Assembly: GCA_964016885.1 (NCBI GenBank)
Contig: OZ024744.1
Coordinates: forward strand, 73,284,001-73,348,000
Direction: 5' to 3'
DNA from: Eledone cirrhosa
Taxonomy: Eukaryota
Length of the DNA: 64,000 bases
The notes beneath the pieces were generated by a model. That model searched no databases. It saw only the letters and a list, made by a program, of their open reading frames with translations, and was not told where the DNA came from. Both the position numbers and the translations under genes were made by a program. Position 1 is the first letter of the stretch, and the number at the start of each line of letters is the position of its first letter. Positions 32,320-50,527 of this stretch are shown here, in pieces.

Positions 32320-32640
32320 ACATACATACATAGATATATACATTCATGCCCATATACATTCATACAAACAAATATGCATACATACATATACACATACATT
32401 CATATATACATACATATGAACATCATACATACTTATGCACACATATACATGTTTATGAAACATATACATATTTATGAAACATACATACATACATACATAC
32501 ATACATACATACATACATACATACATACATACATACATACACACATACATACATACATACATACATACATACATACATACATACATACATACATACATAC
32601 ATACATACATACATACACACATACATACATACATACATAT
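32320..32640. repeat. (CATA)n microsatellite
   Basis: Direct inspection. Confidence 0.95.
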
Positions 32641-32958
32641 AGTAGTACATTCTACACAATCGCTAACAAATATGTGAAGAAATAAAACAAAAATAATAAT
32701 AATGAGCGGGAACGAGGTATCAATATAGCATTAGTATTTTTATTCACGAGTGACACGTGTTTCGTGATCAATTGGCTCAAAAATGTTCGTTATTGATCGG
32801 GCCCAAATTTGGAATCGATAGCCTATCAGAGTATGGCTTCTTTAATGACTGTAGATATCTGTAAATATCACATCAGCAACGAGACCCACATTGGCATTGA
32901 GTGCTCAACCTGCTGAACTAATGGTAACTAAACACTACACACCAATAAACTATATACA

Positions 32959-33014
<56 letters not shown>

Positions 33015-33020
<6 letters not shown>

Positions 33021-33165
33021 CAAATTTAATGTAGAAATGACTTCTACAGGAGTAGAACTGTTTCATTCAGAAGAAATTATCAGTATCGGGACTTTTCTGA
33101 TGCTTTCCTCCGAATGAAACAGTTCTAGTCCTGTACAAGCCATTTCTATATTGAATCTGTTGTAT
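33015..33165. repeat. Hairpin element whose arms start at a hammerhead-like core
   Basis: Arms 33015-33083 and 33097-33165; CTGAT(GC/AA)TTTC....GAATGAAACAGTTC in both. Confidence 0.75.
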
Positions 33166-33223
33166 TCACTCTACTAATCTATTGAGTATCTTTCTGAGGT
33201 TACCCAATTGAACGTGCGACTCA

Positions 33224-33348
<125 letters not shown>

Positions 33349-33386
33349 ATAAAATAAAAAACCCAGATGTCCTACACGGGTGAATG

Positions 33387-33569
33387 TATAAGGAAATGAA
33401 ATCGAAAATGCAACTGGAGCTTTTAAAGAATATTTATTTATTTCCTTTACCGGTTTTAGCGTTCTCATACTTTTCAAAAGTAGAATTGAAAAGCATAAGA
33501 ACTGAGAAACCACTAAAGGAAATAAATAGATATTCTTAAAAAGGCTTCACTTGCATTTCGATTCCTTTT

Positions 33570-33575
<6 letters not shown>
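33387..33575. repeat. Diverged palindrome, arms about 90 bp, ending in (TA)n
   Basis: TATAAGGAAA..AATCGAAA.TGCAA... pairs with ...TTGCATTTCGATTCCTTTTCCTTATA. Confidence 0.8.
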
Positions 33576-33617
<42 letters not shown>

Positions 33618-34587
33618 GGTCGTCTACCAACTTCCAATAGGAATATGCTTTATCGAGAAGATACAATAAGATAGAAACATATCCGTTACTTCCATCAAGT
33701 TAGAATAAAGACAAACACCCACTAGAGCTGCAGTGTCTAAAATTGTCTCCAATAGTTGGCTTTGAAATTTCGAAGATAATTTCTATTGATTGATTATTTT
33801 TTCCCCGTTCATCTTAATTAGAATGCCAAACAATATTCGTGTGTATACACTTCATGCAGACCGGTCTTTCGTGTGTTTTCGTTCTTTAGCCTTTGTTGAC
33901 ATGTATATTCAGCTCATGATAAATATTTTTCAACGTATTTTAGTTTAGTCAACTTTCTAAATGAATATTCCTTGCTTTGCTGAAGTCATCTAAAGCATGG
34001 TTCAGTGTATCCAGAAGATACGCGTGTCGCATCACTGCAAAGACCGAAACTCTTCAAGACATGAAATCAATCCTCAATGAATATCGGGTTTCAAAGAAAG
34101 AAATATTTACATTTTGTCCTCATTTTAGAAAACATCTATTTACTTCTTGGAAATACCACCCTTCTGAACACGTGTCACAGGGATTGATTGATAATTTCCT
34201 TCAAATCTTTTAACCTTACATATGATCTTCTTCAACAATCTAAATATGGGCTTAACATACAACTGTATGTACCTCTTAGAAATGTAAGCCTCTACCTACG
34301 ATAGAGGATGGGTCTTTCAAATCTCATCATATATAGAGACGATCCTTATAAACTTATCAAAAATACTTTATATAAACATTCGTGCAACATACAACTACTC
34401 AGTTTTTCAGGGTAAACGACTTAAAAATATGAAATGGAAAAGTTGTTGCTCTGATTTGTTTGTTTCTTTCTTTATACAATAGCATCTAAGACGTTTTCGA
34501 CGTCCAGCATGTATCTCGGACAAGTTCGACTGTTGACATGTCCGTGCTTATCGAGCTTGTCCCTCCGTAGCATTGTCATGCAAAGGA

Positions 34588-35450
34588 ATTTTGCCTTTCA
34601 TCCTTACGGGGTCGATAAAATAAAGTACCAGTAATGCACTTCCCCTCCCCCAATAATTGCTGGCCTTGTTCCTAAGTTAGAAACAATTATTACACACACT
34701 ATATACACCCTACACTATACTATACAACAGTATAACTCTACTACACATCGCACCAATATTACCTCAGATTTTACTATGATAAAATCAACATGTCAGCCAC
34801 AATGAAAAGTTAGCAAGTTTATAATAATGACTCAAGTAAATCAATAGCTCTAGTGATTCCCTTGATTTGCTGATCTGGATAGAAGAGCGATTCACACGTT
34901 TACTTTTCTCTCTCGTATACTAAATTCAATCGGTGTCTGAGATTATAAATCTTGTGGTCCTCATTTTATAAGAACGTCAGAAATTCCTTCTGGTTTGTAA
35001 AACCAAAATGTGATTTAAGCACAAGGTCAACAATTTTAGGGGAAGCGAAGGTCGATTAAATCAATCGAACCCACTTAAATCTTATCAACCCCCGTAAAGA
35101 TGAAAGGAAAAGCTAACCTCAGCGTGATTTGAACTCAAAATGTATAGAGCCATAACTTTATGTTGCAAAACATGGTGTCTGATGCTCTACCGATACTGCC
35201 AATCTACCGCCCTTATGACGTACAATAAATAATTATTTCCACTATAGGCACAAGGCCAACAATTTTAGGGGCGAGGAAAGTCGATTAAATCAATAGAACC
35301 CAGTACATTACTGGTGCTTTATTTTATCGATCCCCGTAGGGATGAAAGGCAAAGCTAACCACAGCGGGATTTGAACTGAGAAAGTAAAGGGCGGTAACTC
35401 TATGCTACGAAGCATGATGTCCGACGCTCTACCGATTCTGCCAAACCACC
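34588..35450. mobile_element. Meta-domain SINEs: 34588-34688 (+, partial), 35010-35214 (-), 35235-35450 (-)
   Basis: Consensus core and tail motifs. Confidence 0.82.
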
Positions 35451-35726
35451 ACTCTGTTTGTAAAACAATAATGCAATCAGGTGTCGATCGAACGCTTCAT
35501 TCTTATTCTGCTATTCTATTGGTATAATGGGTTGTATTTTGTCTTTACAAAACTCATTCCTTATTTTGAAACTTTTTGTTTCTTCATATAATAGAATTCA
35601 TACAGTAAATATTGTTGTAATTCAATTCGAGAGCTCAACGTCCATTTTCCACACAAGAATGGCGGAGTATTTGCTTAATGAACATCATGTCTCTCCGTTC
35701 CCTTGTCACTTCAATTTTGGATTACC

Positions 35727-35820
35727 TCCCGACGGCAGAGCTGAAGCCGTTCGACGGGTATTTCTGGACAGAAATAGCTGTCGAAATTGCTTGAGCGCTG
35801 CCGTCGGGGTTAAACATTTT

Positions 35821-35823
<3 letters not shown>
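35727..35823. repeat. Family P1 short palindrome ending in (TA)n
   Basis: CCCGACGGCAGAGCT.AAGCCGTTCGACGG.TATTTCTG pairs with CAGAAATAGCTGTCGAAA..GCTTGAGCGCTGCCGTCGGG. Confidence 0.78.
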
Positions 35824-35868
<45 letters not shown>

Positions 35869-35899
35869 AAAGAATAGAGGTGTAACACACAAGTTATTA

Positions 35900-36192
35900 T
35901 ATATTGGTGAACGGAATAGAAAATGCTGACAAATTGTTCACAGTGAAAAATAGTTTAATTAGGAATAAATGAGAATTAGTAATAGTATTGGTTAGTATTC
36001 AGTTTTGGTTTTAAGTTTTAGCGGTTGTGCATTTCTAATGCTTTTCAAAAATAATTTTGAGATAGAGCGTCCGTGATGTTTGCTCTGATCAGAATACTAA
36101 CCAATACTATTACTAATTCTCACTTATTCCTAATTAAACTACTTTTCACTGTGAACAATTTGTCAGCATTTTCTATTCCGTTTACCAATATA
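35900..36192. repeat. Inverted repeat, arms about 100 bp, spacer about 90 nt, ending in (TA)n
   Basis: 35900-36000 is the near-perfect reverse complement of 36092-36192. Confidence 0.9.
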
Positions 36193-36207
36193 TATATATA
36201 TATAGTA

Positions 36208-36256
<49 letters not shown>

Positions 36257-36531
36257 TATATATATATATATATATTGTTATACTTGGGGAGGATCATATT
36301 GATATAATATTGCCACTCACACTCACTGCCAGAATACACCCACTGTTTGGTTTGGATTGGTTTTCGCTTCTGTATCTTTTATATCTCCATATGGTGGTGG
36401 TGGTGTGTATGTGTGTGTGTGTGTGGGGGGGGGGGGGGAGTCCCAATCATATGAAGAAATAAAAGGCAATAAAATGAAGAAAATAGAAAATGAAAATAAG
36501 ATAATATAAGCAAATAATTAAACAAACAATA

Positions 36532-36893
36532 ATCCCGCCGAGGTTAACTTTGCCTTTAATCCTTACGGGGTGGATAAAGTACCAGTAACGTATTGGGGTC
36601 GATTTAATCGACTTTTCCCTCCGCTTCAAATTGCTGGCCTTGTGCCTAAAGTATAAATCATTATTAGTTAGCCTTGAGGGTAGTGGACTGGCAGTATCTG
36701 TAGAGCGTCGGACAACATGCTTCGCTGTATATAGTTACGGTTCTTTACGGTCTGAGGTTAAATCCCGCCAATGTTAATTTCTCCTTTCATCCTTATGGGG
36801 TCGATAAAATAAACTACCAGTAACATTACTGGTGTCGACATAATGGACTTTCCCTTTCCCAAAATTGTTGGCCTTGTGCCTAAATCAGAAACT
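36532..36893 (+). mobile_element. Two tandem Meta-domain SINEs, the first 5' truncated
   Basis: Consensus motifs. Confidence 0.85.
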
Positions 36894-37710
36894 GTTATTA
36901 GTCAGCTTTCTCACATATTTTATATACCAACTGTTAAAGGTTTATACAATGGAAGATTTACAAGTTGAGATAACGTCCCTTTTAAGGGGGATAAGAAATA
37001 GAACCTTGTGATCATCCAAGTCTTTTCAAACAATCGAAACTGTATTATGATCTTATGTAACCAGGGGTTGACATATTTTATGTACAGTGGTCGCTTCAGT
37101 AGAGAATATTGGGTCGCAAAGAGTCAGCAATTGTTCATAGCTAAAATAAAGGTAGAGTAGAGAAGGGAGCCAAATGACTTTGATGCACTTTTATATATGT
37201 TGATAATGTGGGCTTTGAAGTAGAAGATACTAGATGTAAGGAATGCTCTTGCATGTGTGAATATTGTAATTCATTAATTTTCGGGTAGTTCAATGGACAC
37301 TTAATGAGATATAGCCAATGTATTATCATTAAAACTATCATGATAGACGACAGAGATGTAACGTAACAATGCGGAATATATGTCTCCTACTTTTTTTCTT
37401 TTTTTTTGTTCATTATTCATTTTGTTTATTTTACTTTTATATATATATATCATGTCATCTAGATTAATCTTGTCATATGAGACCCAATCGCCGAAGGGAT
37501 TAAGTGTTGGATTTTGAGTTCATGTCACGAATGCTTGGTGCATGTGGTCATATTCAGCTGCTGGCATTCATATTCATTATAAACTAGGTATTTAAAATGT
37601 ATTTGCCGTAGTTTACCAGGCAGGATATCTAAGTACCAATATATTTGAGAAGGTCGAATCAGTGTAGACTAACTCTCTTATTACCTTGAGATTTATATCT
37701 TATTTCATTA

Positions 37711-37888
37711 ATTGTCTCTACCTTTGGCACAAGGCCAGCAATCACCCAGTACATTACTGGTACTTTATTTTATCGACCCCGTAATGATGAAAGGCAAAGT
37801 TAACCTCGACGGGATTTGAACTCAGATCGTAAAGGGACGTAACTATGCTGGAAATCATGGCGTCCGACCCTCTACCAATACTGCCAAT
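37711..37888 (-). mobile_element. Meta-domain SINE
   Basis: Consensus motifs. Confidence 0.87.
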
Positions 37889-39002
37889 AGAAGATAGACT
37901 CTCTACCTGTTCCTGTCTATACATTTCACTATTTCAATTTTCTATATTCATGTTTTAAAATACTTACGATGTCATTTTGCCTTGATGTATATCAGTTATA
38001 GGCTTGATATATATACCAATTATATTCTGGGTGGATGAAATCGGATTACATCCTGCCACAATAACTGGCTTTGTGCCTTTATGAGATATCTCCAGCTTCA
38101 CTCTCCCTCATCCTTCTCTTTGTTATTGATGTTGTTCTGGTTGTCTCTGCTGATGTTGGTGTGTTTACTGCTTTCCCTGCTGTTGTTGTCTCTGTTGATT
38201 TTGGTGTGCTTGCTGCTTTCTCTGTTGTTTTTGTTGTATTGGTGGTAGTTGTGGTGGTAACTTGTTCGCTGTCACCATGTTGAACATTTCGGCTTTAAGC
38301 TTGGTGTATAATTTTCTTCTATTCATTCCTACCGCAAAAAACCTTTGATGCGTTAGTTTTAATTTCATAGCATTGCAATACTTTGAACGTAGAGAGGCCG
38401 GATATAGTATAAAGTGCAACATATGAGTGTATGTAGATATGAATCTAGGATTTTGGTAAAATTAGAAGGACGGAGTATTCTTTTGTGATGGGGTGGAACT
38501 GCCACTCTGTGACGTGGGGTTGGACTTGCTGCTGCTGAACTTCTATTTTTGTAGATGTAGTTGATGTTGTTCTTGTTGCTCTACGTGTGGTATTTTTAGC
38601 AGAACGTATTTTGACGGTTGATGCTACATGTTTGGCACATAGGCCTTTTAATTTCCACGAAAACCTGAAGTTTGGTGCCATTTAGGAGGTATTTTTGGTC
38701 AGGGAACTTGTCCAGATTTTCTGTTTGTACCTGAAGCCTGATTTCTACTCTACTTTCTTACCAATGTTCTTGACAATGTTTTTTTTTTTACATCCAGGGG
38801 TTTTTACTCTAAGGACGCTTTCTACCCACTCCAAATAATCAATTTTTGTGTCACATCAAACATCATCACTTTCATCACATACCGGCTCATATACGTAGAA
38901 ATGAGATAACAAATCTCATTTCAACATGGAACAGTGGAATATATCTGCCTACTTGCATTTCACTTCTATCTAAATTCTAAAGTCTCTCTTAAACAAGAAG
39001 GC

Positions 39003-39222
39003 TCATCAGGCCGGTACTTATCCCAGTTTCATTGCGTGAAGCGACTGAGAGTACAAGACTCCACCCTGGATAGGACACCAGTCCATCGCAGGATTAAACC
39101 ACCAGCTATTGCTGGTACTCATTTACAGCTGAGTATACTAGATCAACGTGAAATGAAGTGTTTTGCTCAAGAACGCAACATGCAACCTAGCCCAGGAATC
39201 GAACACACGGCATTATGGTCTT
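39003..39222 (-). mobile_element. V-domain-like SINE
   Basis: Minus strand TCTTGAGCAAAACACTTCATTTCACG..CTCAGCTGTAAATGAGTACC..CCTGCGATGGACTGGTGTCCTATCCAGGGTG..CTGGGATAAG; related head fragment at 40670-40800. Confidence 0.68.
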
Positions 39223-39397
39223 TACCAGTAAGCCACTGTCTCATAAAGCATAATGTAAGCGACAAGTCGATTTCACTCTAAATCTGTGGACAGCTATGCT
39301 GAATCGTACGGTATAGAGAGGAATTATCGAGTGTTCCCACCAACCAGGCTAGAGGACGATAATGTTGATTATTTTTTTCTTTTCTCTTTTTCTCTTT

Positions 39398-39429
<32 letters not shown>

Positions 39430-39564
39430 AGGGTGGTTAATGCTGGTCACTGCTGGTCACTTAATTCAGGTAGAGTCGGCAATGCCTTTTCGTTTAAATA
39501 AAGAAATGGAATCTTTTTTTTTTTTTTTTTGTGGGGGCCTCATTGTTTTTGTTTTTAGCAGACA

Positions 39565-39778
39565 TGAGGGACTGGCAAATTCATTTGAACGTCCGACAAA
39601 TGCTTTGTAGTGTTTCTACTGGCTCTTTACGTTCTGAGTTCAAATCCAGCCGAGGCTAACGTTGCCTTTCAGCCTTCCGAAATCGATAAAATGAAGGACC
39701 AGCCAAGAACTGGATCGATATAATCGACTTTCCCCTAACTCCAAACTGCTGTTTTTTTGGCTAAATGGAAAACCATTA
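39565..39778 (+). mobile_element. Older Meta-domain SINE variant
   Basis: CGTTCTGAGTTCAAATCC.GCCGAGG...GCCTTTCA.CCTT...TCGATAAAAT. Confidence 0.75.
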
Positions 39779-40189
39779 TTTTTGTTGTTGTTTTCGTTAG
39801 AAGTGTTATTATTTGGGGTAATGATGTTGCTACTACCCTCATCTCAACCCCAAATTCTTTCTTTTTAATGGAAACTTCGATTACAATCATTTTTTAATAA
39901 ATATCAAACTTTTTTAAAATTTAGTAACTGAAAACAGCATTTATTTCTAGGATATAACTACTTAAGAATAATTAAGCAGTATCAAATAAAAACATAACAC
40001 ACTATTAAAAGGAACAGAAAAGGAAATGAAAAGACGAAAAAGAAAAAAAGGATCAAGCAATAAAAGAAAGGGAGAGGGGGAGGAACAGACACTATACCCC
40101 AGTCTGAGTGGCGCCTCCCTAACGGACACTACACCCATCTGAGAATGGCCATTACATTACTCTATATTTACTATTGTATTTTCGTGGTA

Positions 40190-40358
40190 AAAGCTTTACC
40201 TCACATAACTATTTCACACAATATCGAATCTACAAGATTTTGATATTTATTTTGAGAACAATACCTTAACATAAGTATGAGCAGTTTGTACGAAAAGACG
40301 TGAGAGAATTCTGGCCGGATACGGCCGGATACGGCTGGTTTTAATGCTAAAGTGTTAA
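40190..40358 (+). mobile_element. piggyBac-like MITE terminus
   Basis: GGCCGGATACGGC subterminal repeats followed by AATGCTAAAGTG-TTAA, resembling AGGG-TTAA ends; the other end was not found. Confidence 0.4.
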
Positions 40359-40894
40359 GGCTAGCAAAAGTTTCCGAGCTGATAATGTCTCCGGCATTAC
40401 TGCAACCACGGCTGTCAGGGTTGCCTCACACCACTCCTTTCTGATTAGACTTCAAGTGTGTTGAACATTTTAATGAGATGATTATTCGCTAATAGCTGAC
40501 GACGGAAGAAAATGACTTAGTGTTTCATAGTTATGGAAGACGCCGTAGTTTTTATAACTTCTTTTAAATGGAATTAACAAATCAAATTTAAAAAAATTTC
40601 GTTGAAGAATCCTTGCAATCGGAGGTAGAGTCATACATTTTGGCACTAATGTCGTCGCAAGTCATGTTTTCTAGCTACGTAGACTGAAGCGACGGGAAAT
40701 ACAGTGTCTTGCTCAAGGAGATGATGCACCTACCAGTCTGGGAATTGAATTCATTACATTACAATCGTGAGTCCAGCACACACATCATTAAGCCACACGC
40801 CAGCTATTAATGGTTTGCGTGCTATTTCTCTATATGTATAAAATGTTTTAATGTATTTTGATATTCATGACAACGTCACGACTTTTATTTATTT

Positions 40895-41046
40895 TGCTTT
40901 GCAGCATAGAGTTATGGTCCTTTACTTTATGAGTTCAAATCCCGCCGAGGTCAGCTTCGCCTTTCATCTTTAGGGGGGTCGATAAACTAAAGCACCAGTA
41001 ATGCACTGAGGTAATTACTAGCCTTGTGCCAAAAGTTGAAACAGTT
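40895..41046 (+). mobile_element. Meta-domain SINE, 5' truncated
   Basis: Consensus motifs. Confidence 0.82.
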
Positions 41047-41100
41047 ATTTATTCATATATTTGTTTATTTAATCAATTTAAACGAACACACACACACACG

Positions 41101-41163
<63 letters not shown>

Positions 41164-41301
41164 TCAATCTCACACAAACACACACATATACACATACACT
41201 CACTCACACATACAAAAACACACACGCTTTCACTCACACACACACACATGTATATAAATGTATGTGTATGTACGTATATAAATATATATATATATCAACT
41301 G

Positions 41302-41455
<154 letters not shown>

Positions 41456-41522
41456 ACCCAGAAGTGCAGGAACCTTTCTTATCAAAACACTCGCCCAAGG
41501 CATATCATAGTATAATAAAAAA

Positions 41523-41581
41523 GGTGTCTGATGAGGTCATTTCTATTGCATAAATGATACCATCGAAATCCGTATAACAGC
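41523..41581 (+). ncRNA. Hammerhead-like motif in a (TA)n-flanked PLE terminal remnant (41455-41640)
   Basis: GGTGT-CTGATGA-GGTCATT...AATGATACC-ATC-GAAA-TCCGTA-TA-ACAGC. Confidence 0.55.
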
Positions 41582-41641
41582 AATGACGCATTAATAAAAT
41601 GATGTAAGATTCTAACATACTGCTTTTTATATACATATTTA

Positions 41642-41681
<40 letters not shown>

Positions 41682-41843
41682 TGTTTATCGGATCTAGCTG
41701 TCGAAACGGCCGGAGCTCAGCCGTCGGGGTTTTGAGTATTTTCCTATGTATATATATATATATATAACGAAGGAAATCTGGTAAGGAACCAGATGGACCA
41801 TAACGCACCAAAGTACTCAATACTTAGGGTAGTAGAGAGGGTA

Positions 41844-41890
<47 letters not shown>

Positions 41891-41965
41891 TGTATTTATA
41901 TATAATGCACATATCTTCTCAAATTGTCAATATTTATTCGATGCCCATTATTTCCTTCATTCTTT

Positions 41966-42120
41966 CTTTCTTCTTCTTCTTCTTCTTCTTCTTCTTCTTC
42001 TTCTTCTTCTTCTTCTTCTTCTTCTTCTTCTTCTTCTTCTTCTTCCATACCGTTCCATCAACACCACCATCGTTATTACCTCCACTACCATCATCACCAT
42101 CAACAACAATTCAACAGGTG

Positions 42121-42191
<71 letters not shown>

Positions 42192-42215
42192 AAACAACAA
42201 CCATAACAACCACAA
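41966..42215. repeat. (CTT)n and (CAA)n microsatellites
   Basis: Direct inspection. Confidence 0.95.
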
Positions 42216-42358
42216 CAAGAAGGACATCAAAAACAGAGGAAGGGTTGTTATCGTCAACAAGGTATTAAGCTCATCTTTTTACGGAAAGTTAGTGATTGGT
42301 TTCTATAAGATGTATATAATATCAATCTCTTTCTCCCCTTTCACAATATATTTATGTG

Positions 42359-42425
<67 letters not shown>

Positions 42426-42515
42426 TTATTCGCGCGCACACAGACATACATATTCATATATATGTATCTAGATAGATAGAGAGGCAGAAATACACACAGA
42501 CACACACACACATAT

Positions 42516-42566
<51 letters not shown>

Positions 42567-42588
42567 TATATATATTTATATATATATA

Positions 42589-42688
<100 letters not shown>

Positions 42689-42724
42689 TATTTGGGTGTT
42701 AGCTCTAACATAGCTGTGTATATG

Positions 42725-42771
<47 letters not shown>

Positions 42772-42782
42772 TATATATGAAT

Positions 42783-42841
<59 letters not shown>

Positions 42842-42855
42842 CACATACACCCCTC

Positions 42856-42887
<32 letters not shown>

Positions 42888-43201
42888 ACCCCAACCCACA
42901 TATATATATATATATATATATATAACAACCCATTTAATTCATATATACTCACACATAGATATATTACAGCCTATATATATATATATATATGCAAATGTAT
43001 ATAGGCATATGCACACATATTCATATTCATGAATGCCATGCGTGCGTGTGTATATTTTAAACCTGCATAACCCTTCCTTGCCCACATGGTAGATCCTCCG
43101 TCGATTATCATGATGAGATGTTAGTTGTTCTAACTAGATTTATTGGAGACTGTTGTTTCAGATAGGACACGTTAGAAGGCGTGTTTGGGGTCTCTGTCCC
43201 A

Positions 43202-43438
43202 AAGAAGAAGAAGAAGAAGAAGAAGAAGAAGAAGAAGAAGAAGAAGAAGAAGAAGAAGAAGAAGGAGAATAATAATAAGAAGAAGGAGAAGAAGAAGAAG
43301 AAGAAGAAGAAGAAGAAGAAGAAGAAGAAGAAGAAGAAGGAGAAGAAGAATGAGAAGAAGAATGAGAAGAAGAAGAAGAAGAATGAGAAGAAGAAGAAGA
43401 AGAAGAAGAAGAAGAAGAAGAAGAAATAGAAGAAGAAG

Positions 43439-43470
<32 letters not shown>

Positions 43471-43952
43471 GAAGAAGAAGAAGAATGAGAAGAAGAAGAA
43501 GAAAAAGAATGAGAAGAAGAAGAAGAAGAAGAAGAAGAAGAAGAAGAAGAAGAATGAGAAGAAGAAAAAGAAGAAAAAGAAGGAGAAGAAGAATGAGAAG
43601 AAGAAGAAGAAGAAGAAGAAGAAGAAGAAGAAGAAGAAGAAGAAGAAGAAGAATGAGAAGAAGAAAAAGAAAAAGAAGAAGAAAAAGAAGGAGAAGAAGA
43701 ATGAGAAGAAGAAGAAAAAGAAGAAGAAGAAGAAGAAAAAGAAAAAGAAGAAGAAAAAGAAGGAGAAGAAGAATGAGAAGAAGAAAAAGAAGAAGAAGAA
43801 GAAGAAGAAAAAGAAGAAGAAGAAGAAGAAGAAGAAGAAGAATGAGAAGAAGAAAAAGAAAAAGAAAAAGAAGAAAAAGAAGGAGAAGAAGAATGAGAAG
43901 AAGAAGAAGAAGAAGAAGAAGAAGATGAAAAAGCAGAAGAATGAGAAGAAGA
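43202..43952. repeat. Long (GAA)n microsatellite with higher-order GAATGA/AAAAAG/GGA interruptions
   Basis: Direct inspection. Confidence 0.97.
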
Positions 43953-44113
43953 GCAAAAGTATATGAATACAGTTTCTTTCCCTCCCAAGACATGGGTCTA
44001 CCCAAACTAATTTAGAATGACATATGTCCAAAATGCCACAGTGTAGGATCAAGTTCGTGTCTTCATGATTGAAAACTAGAGTTCTTAAACACTCGAGGAG
44101 GTTGTCATGTTAG

Positions 44114-45722
<1,609 letters not shown>

Positions 45723-46104
45723 TTCTTCTGCTTTTATAATTTCACAAAGTTTTACCAATAGAGAGAGAGTCGGTTTCTAACATAGACACAAGACTCTCTC
45801 ATTGGAATTTACACATCAACTAGGTAGATATGTATGTATGCATGTCTGCATGTGTAGATATGGATGTTATTGTATGTGTGGATGTGTATGTTTTGAGTTG
45901 TATCTCTACATGTGTATATGCAGTTATTAGATGCAACATTTTTGGAATGTTTTACATATTTTTACTGTTCCATTAATGGATTGTACTTGTAGTTTCCTAA
46001 CTAGTTGTGTTCTTTCTGTTCCTGTGAAGCCCAGCTTCTTAAGATTTGTTATGTATGTGTATATGTATGTATGTATGTGTGTATGTATGTGTGTATGTAT
46101 CTAC

Positions 46105-46730
46105 GTTTTATGTCAGGTCACCAGTTGGTGCTACTGGTAACATGTATCCCAGTACAACCTGTCTCATGGTCGGGTCGTTGGCGACTAAACTGGCAACCCC
46201 ACCAAGGTTTCTTGGTGAGGAGGGTGACTTTGGACATCCTGCAGGACTAAAAACAAAACCTGTCAAAGGGCAAAGGAGCTCTTAAGAGCCAATGGCCATC
46301 CAAAATCACCGGGAGAGATGACCCCTTAGCCTTTGTCAGGGCAAAATTCTAGGAGAAGGAAAACTCTGATATAACACCTGCAACCCTGATGGTATCCAAT
46401 GATGTTGACTTGTTCTTCTTTTTGGTAAATATCTTCTTGGTTAAGAGAGTGGGACTGGCTTTGTGCAGTGCCTTTGCTCACTATAAAAGCTTCACGGCAC
46501 AGGCATTGCTTTATATCTGGAGATCTCTTTGCTCTTGTTGTTACATGGTAGCATGGGCCCAGCACTATGTGTCAATAATTGTCGCAAGTGTAGTGTTTGT
46601 ACCAGAGTTGTCAAGTCACTGGCTGGACTAAAAAGTCACACTCGTTCAGCGCATCGGTAGGGGTTCTCCTACATGGCTATAAAGTAGTGGCCGTACTCGA
46701 AAACGAGTTGGCAGCCACCACCATGTATCT
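46105..46730 (+). mobile_element. Internally deleted RTE-clade element (5' UTR joined to the C-terminal zinc finger and 3' tail)
   Basis: RTE-like 5' UTR motif CTAGGAGAAGGAAAACTCTGA; CSVCTRVVKSLAGLKSHTRSAHR* at 46589-46660; 3' hairpin GGC.GTACTCG-AAAA-CGAGT followed by (ATGT)n. Confidence 0.62.
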
Positions 46731-50360
<3,630 letters not shown>

Positions 50361-50527
50361 AATAAAATGGTACAGTACCGTAAAAGAGGATAGAAAGAAG
50401 AGATATAAAGAGGTGCGATACAGAGTATTAGATGCCAAGAGCGGGTGGCTAAGTACTCGATACTTCGGTTATCAGGGTTAAAAACTAGAGAAAGTTAATA
50501 TTTAATGTAAAGGTTAAGCAGAACGGT

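Noticed and set aside
32745-32835. Minus-strand hammerhead-like CTGATAG...GAAACACGTGTC
   Set aside because: The core is altered and stem I does not pair; at most a decayed pLTR.
33680-34565. Possible piggyBac-like transposase remnant with a GGACAAGTTCGA/TCGAGCTTGTCC hairpin
   Set aside because: Motif hints fall on conflicting strands, and I found no TIR or TTAA pair.
43150-43210. Splice acceptor TTTCAG leading into a (GAA)n 'exon'
   Set aside because: No donor site or partner exons could be identified; this cannot be supported without RNA data.
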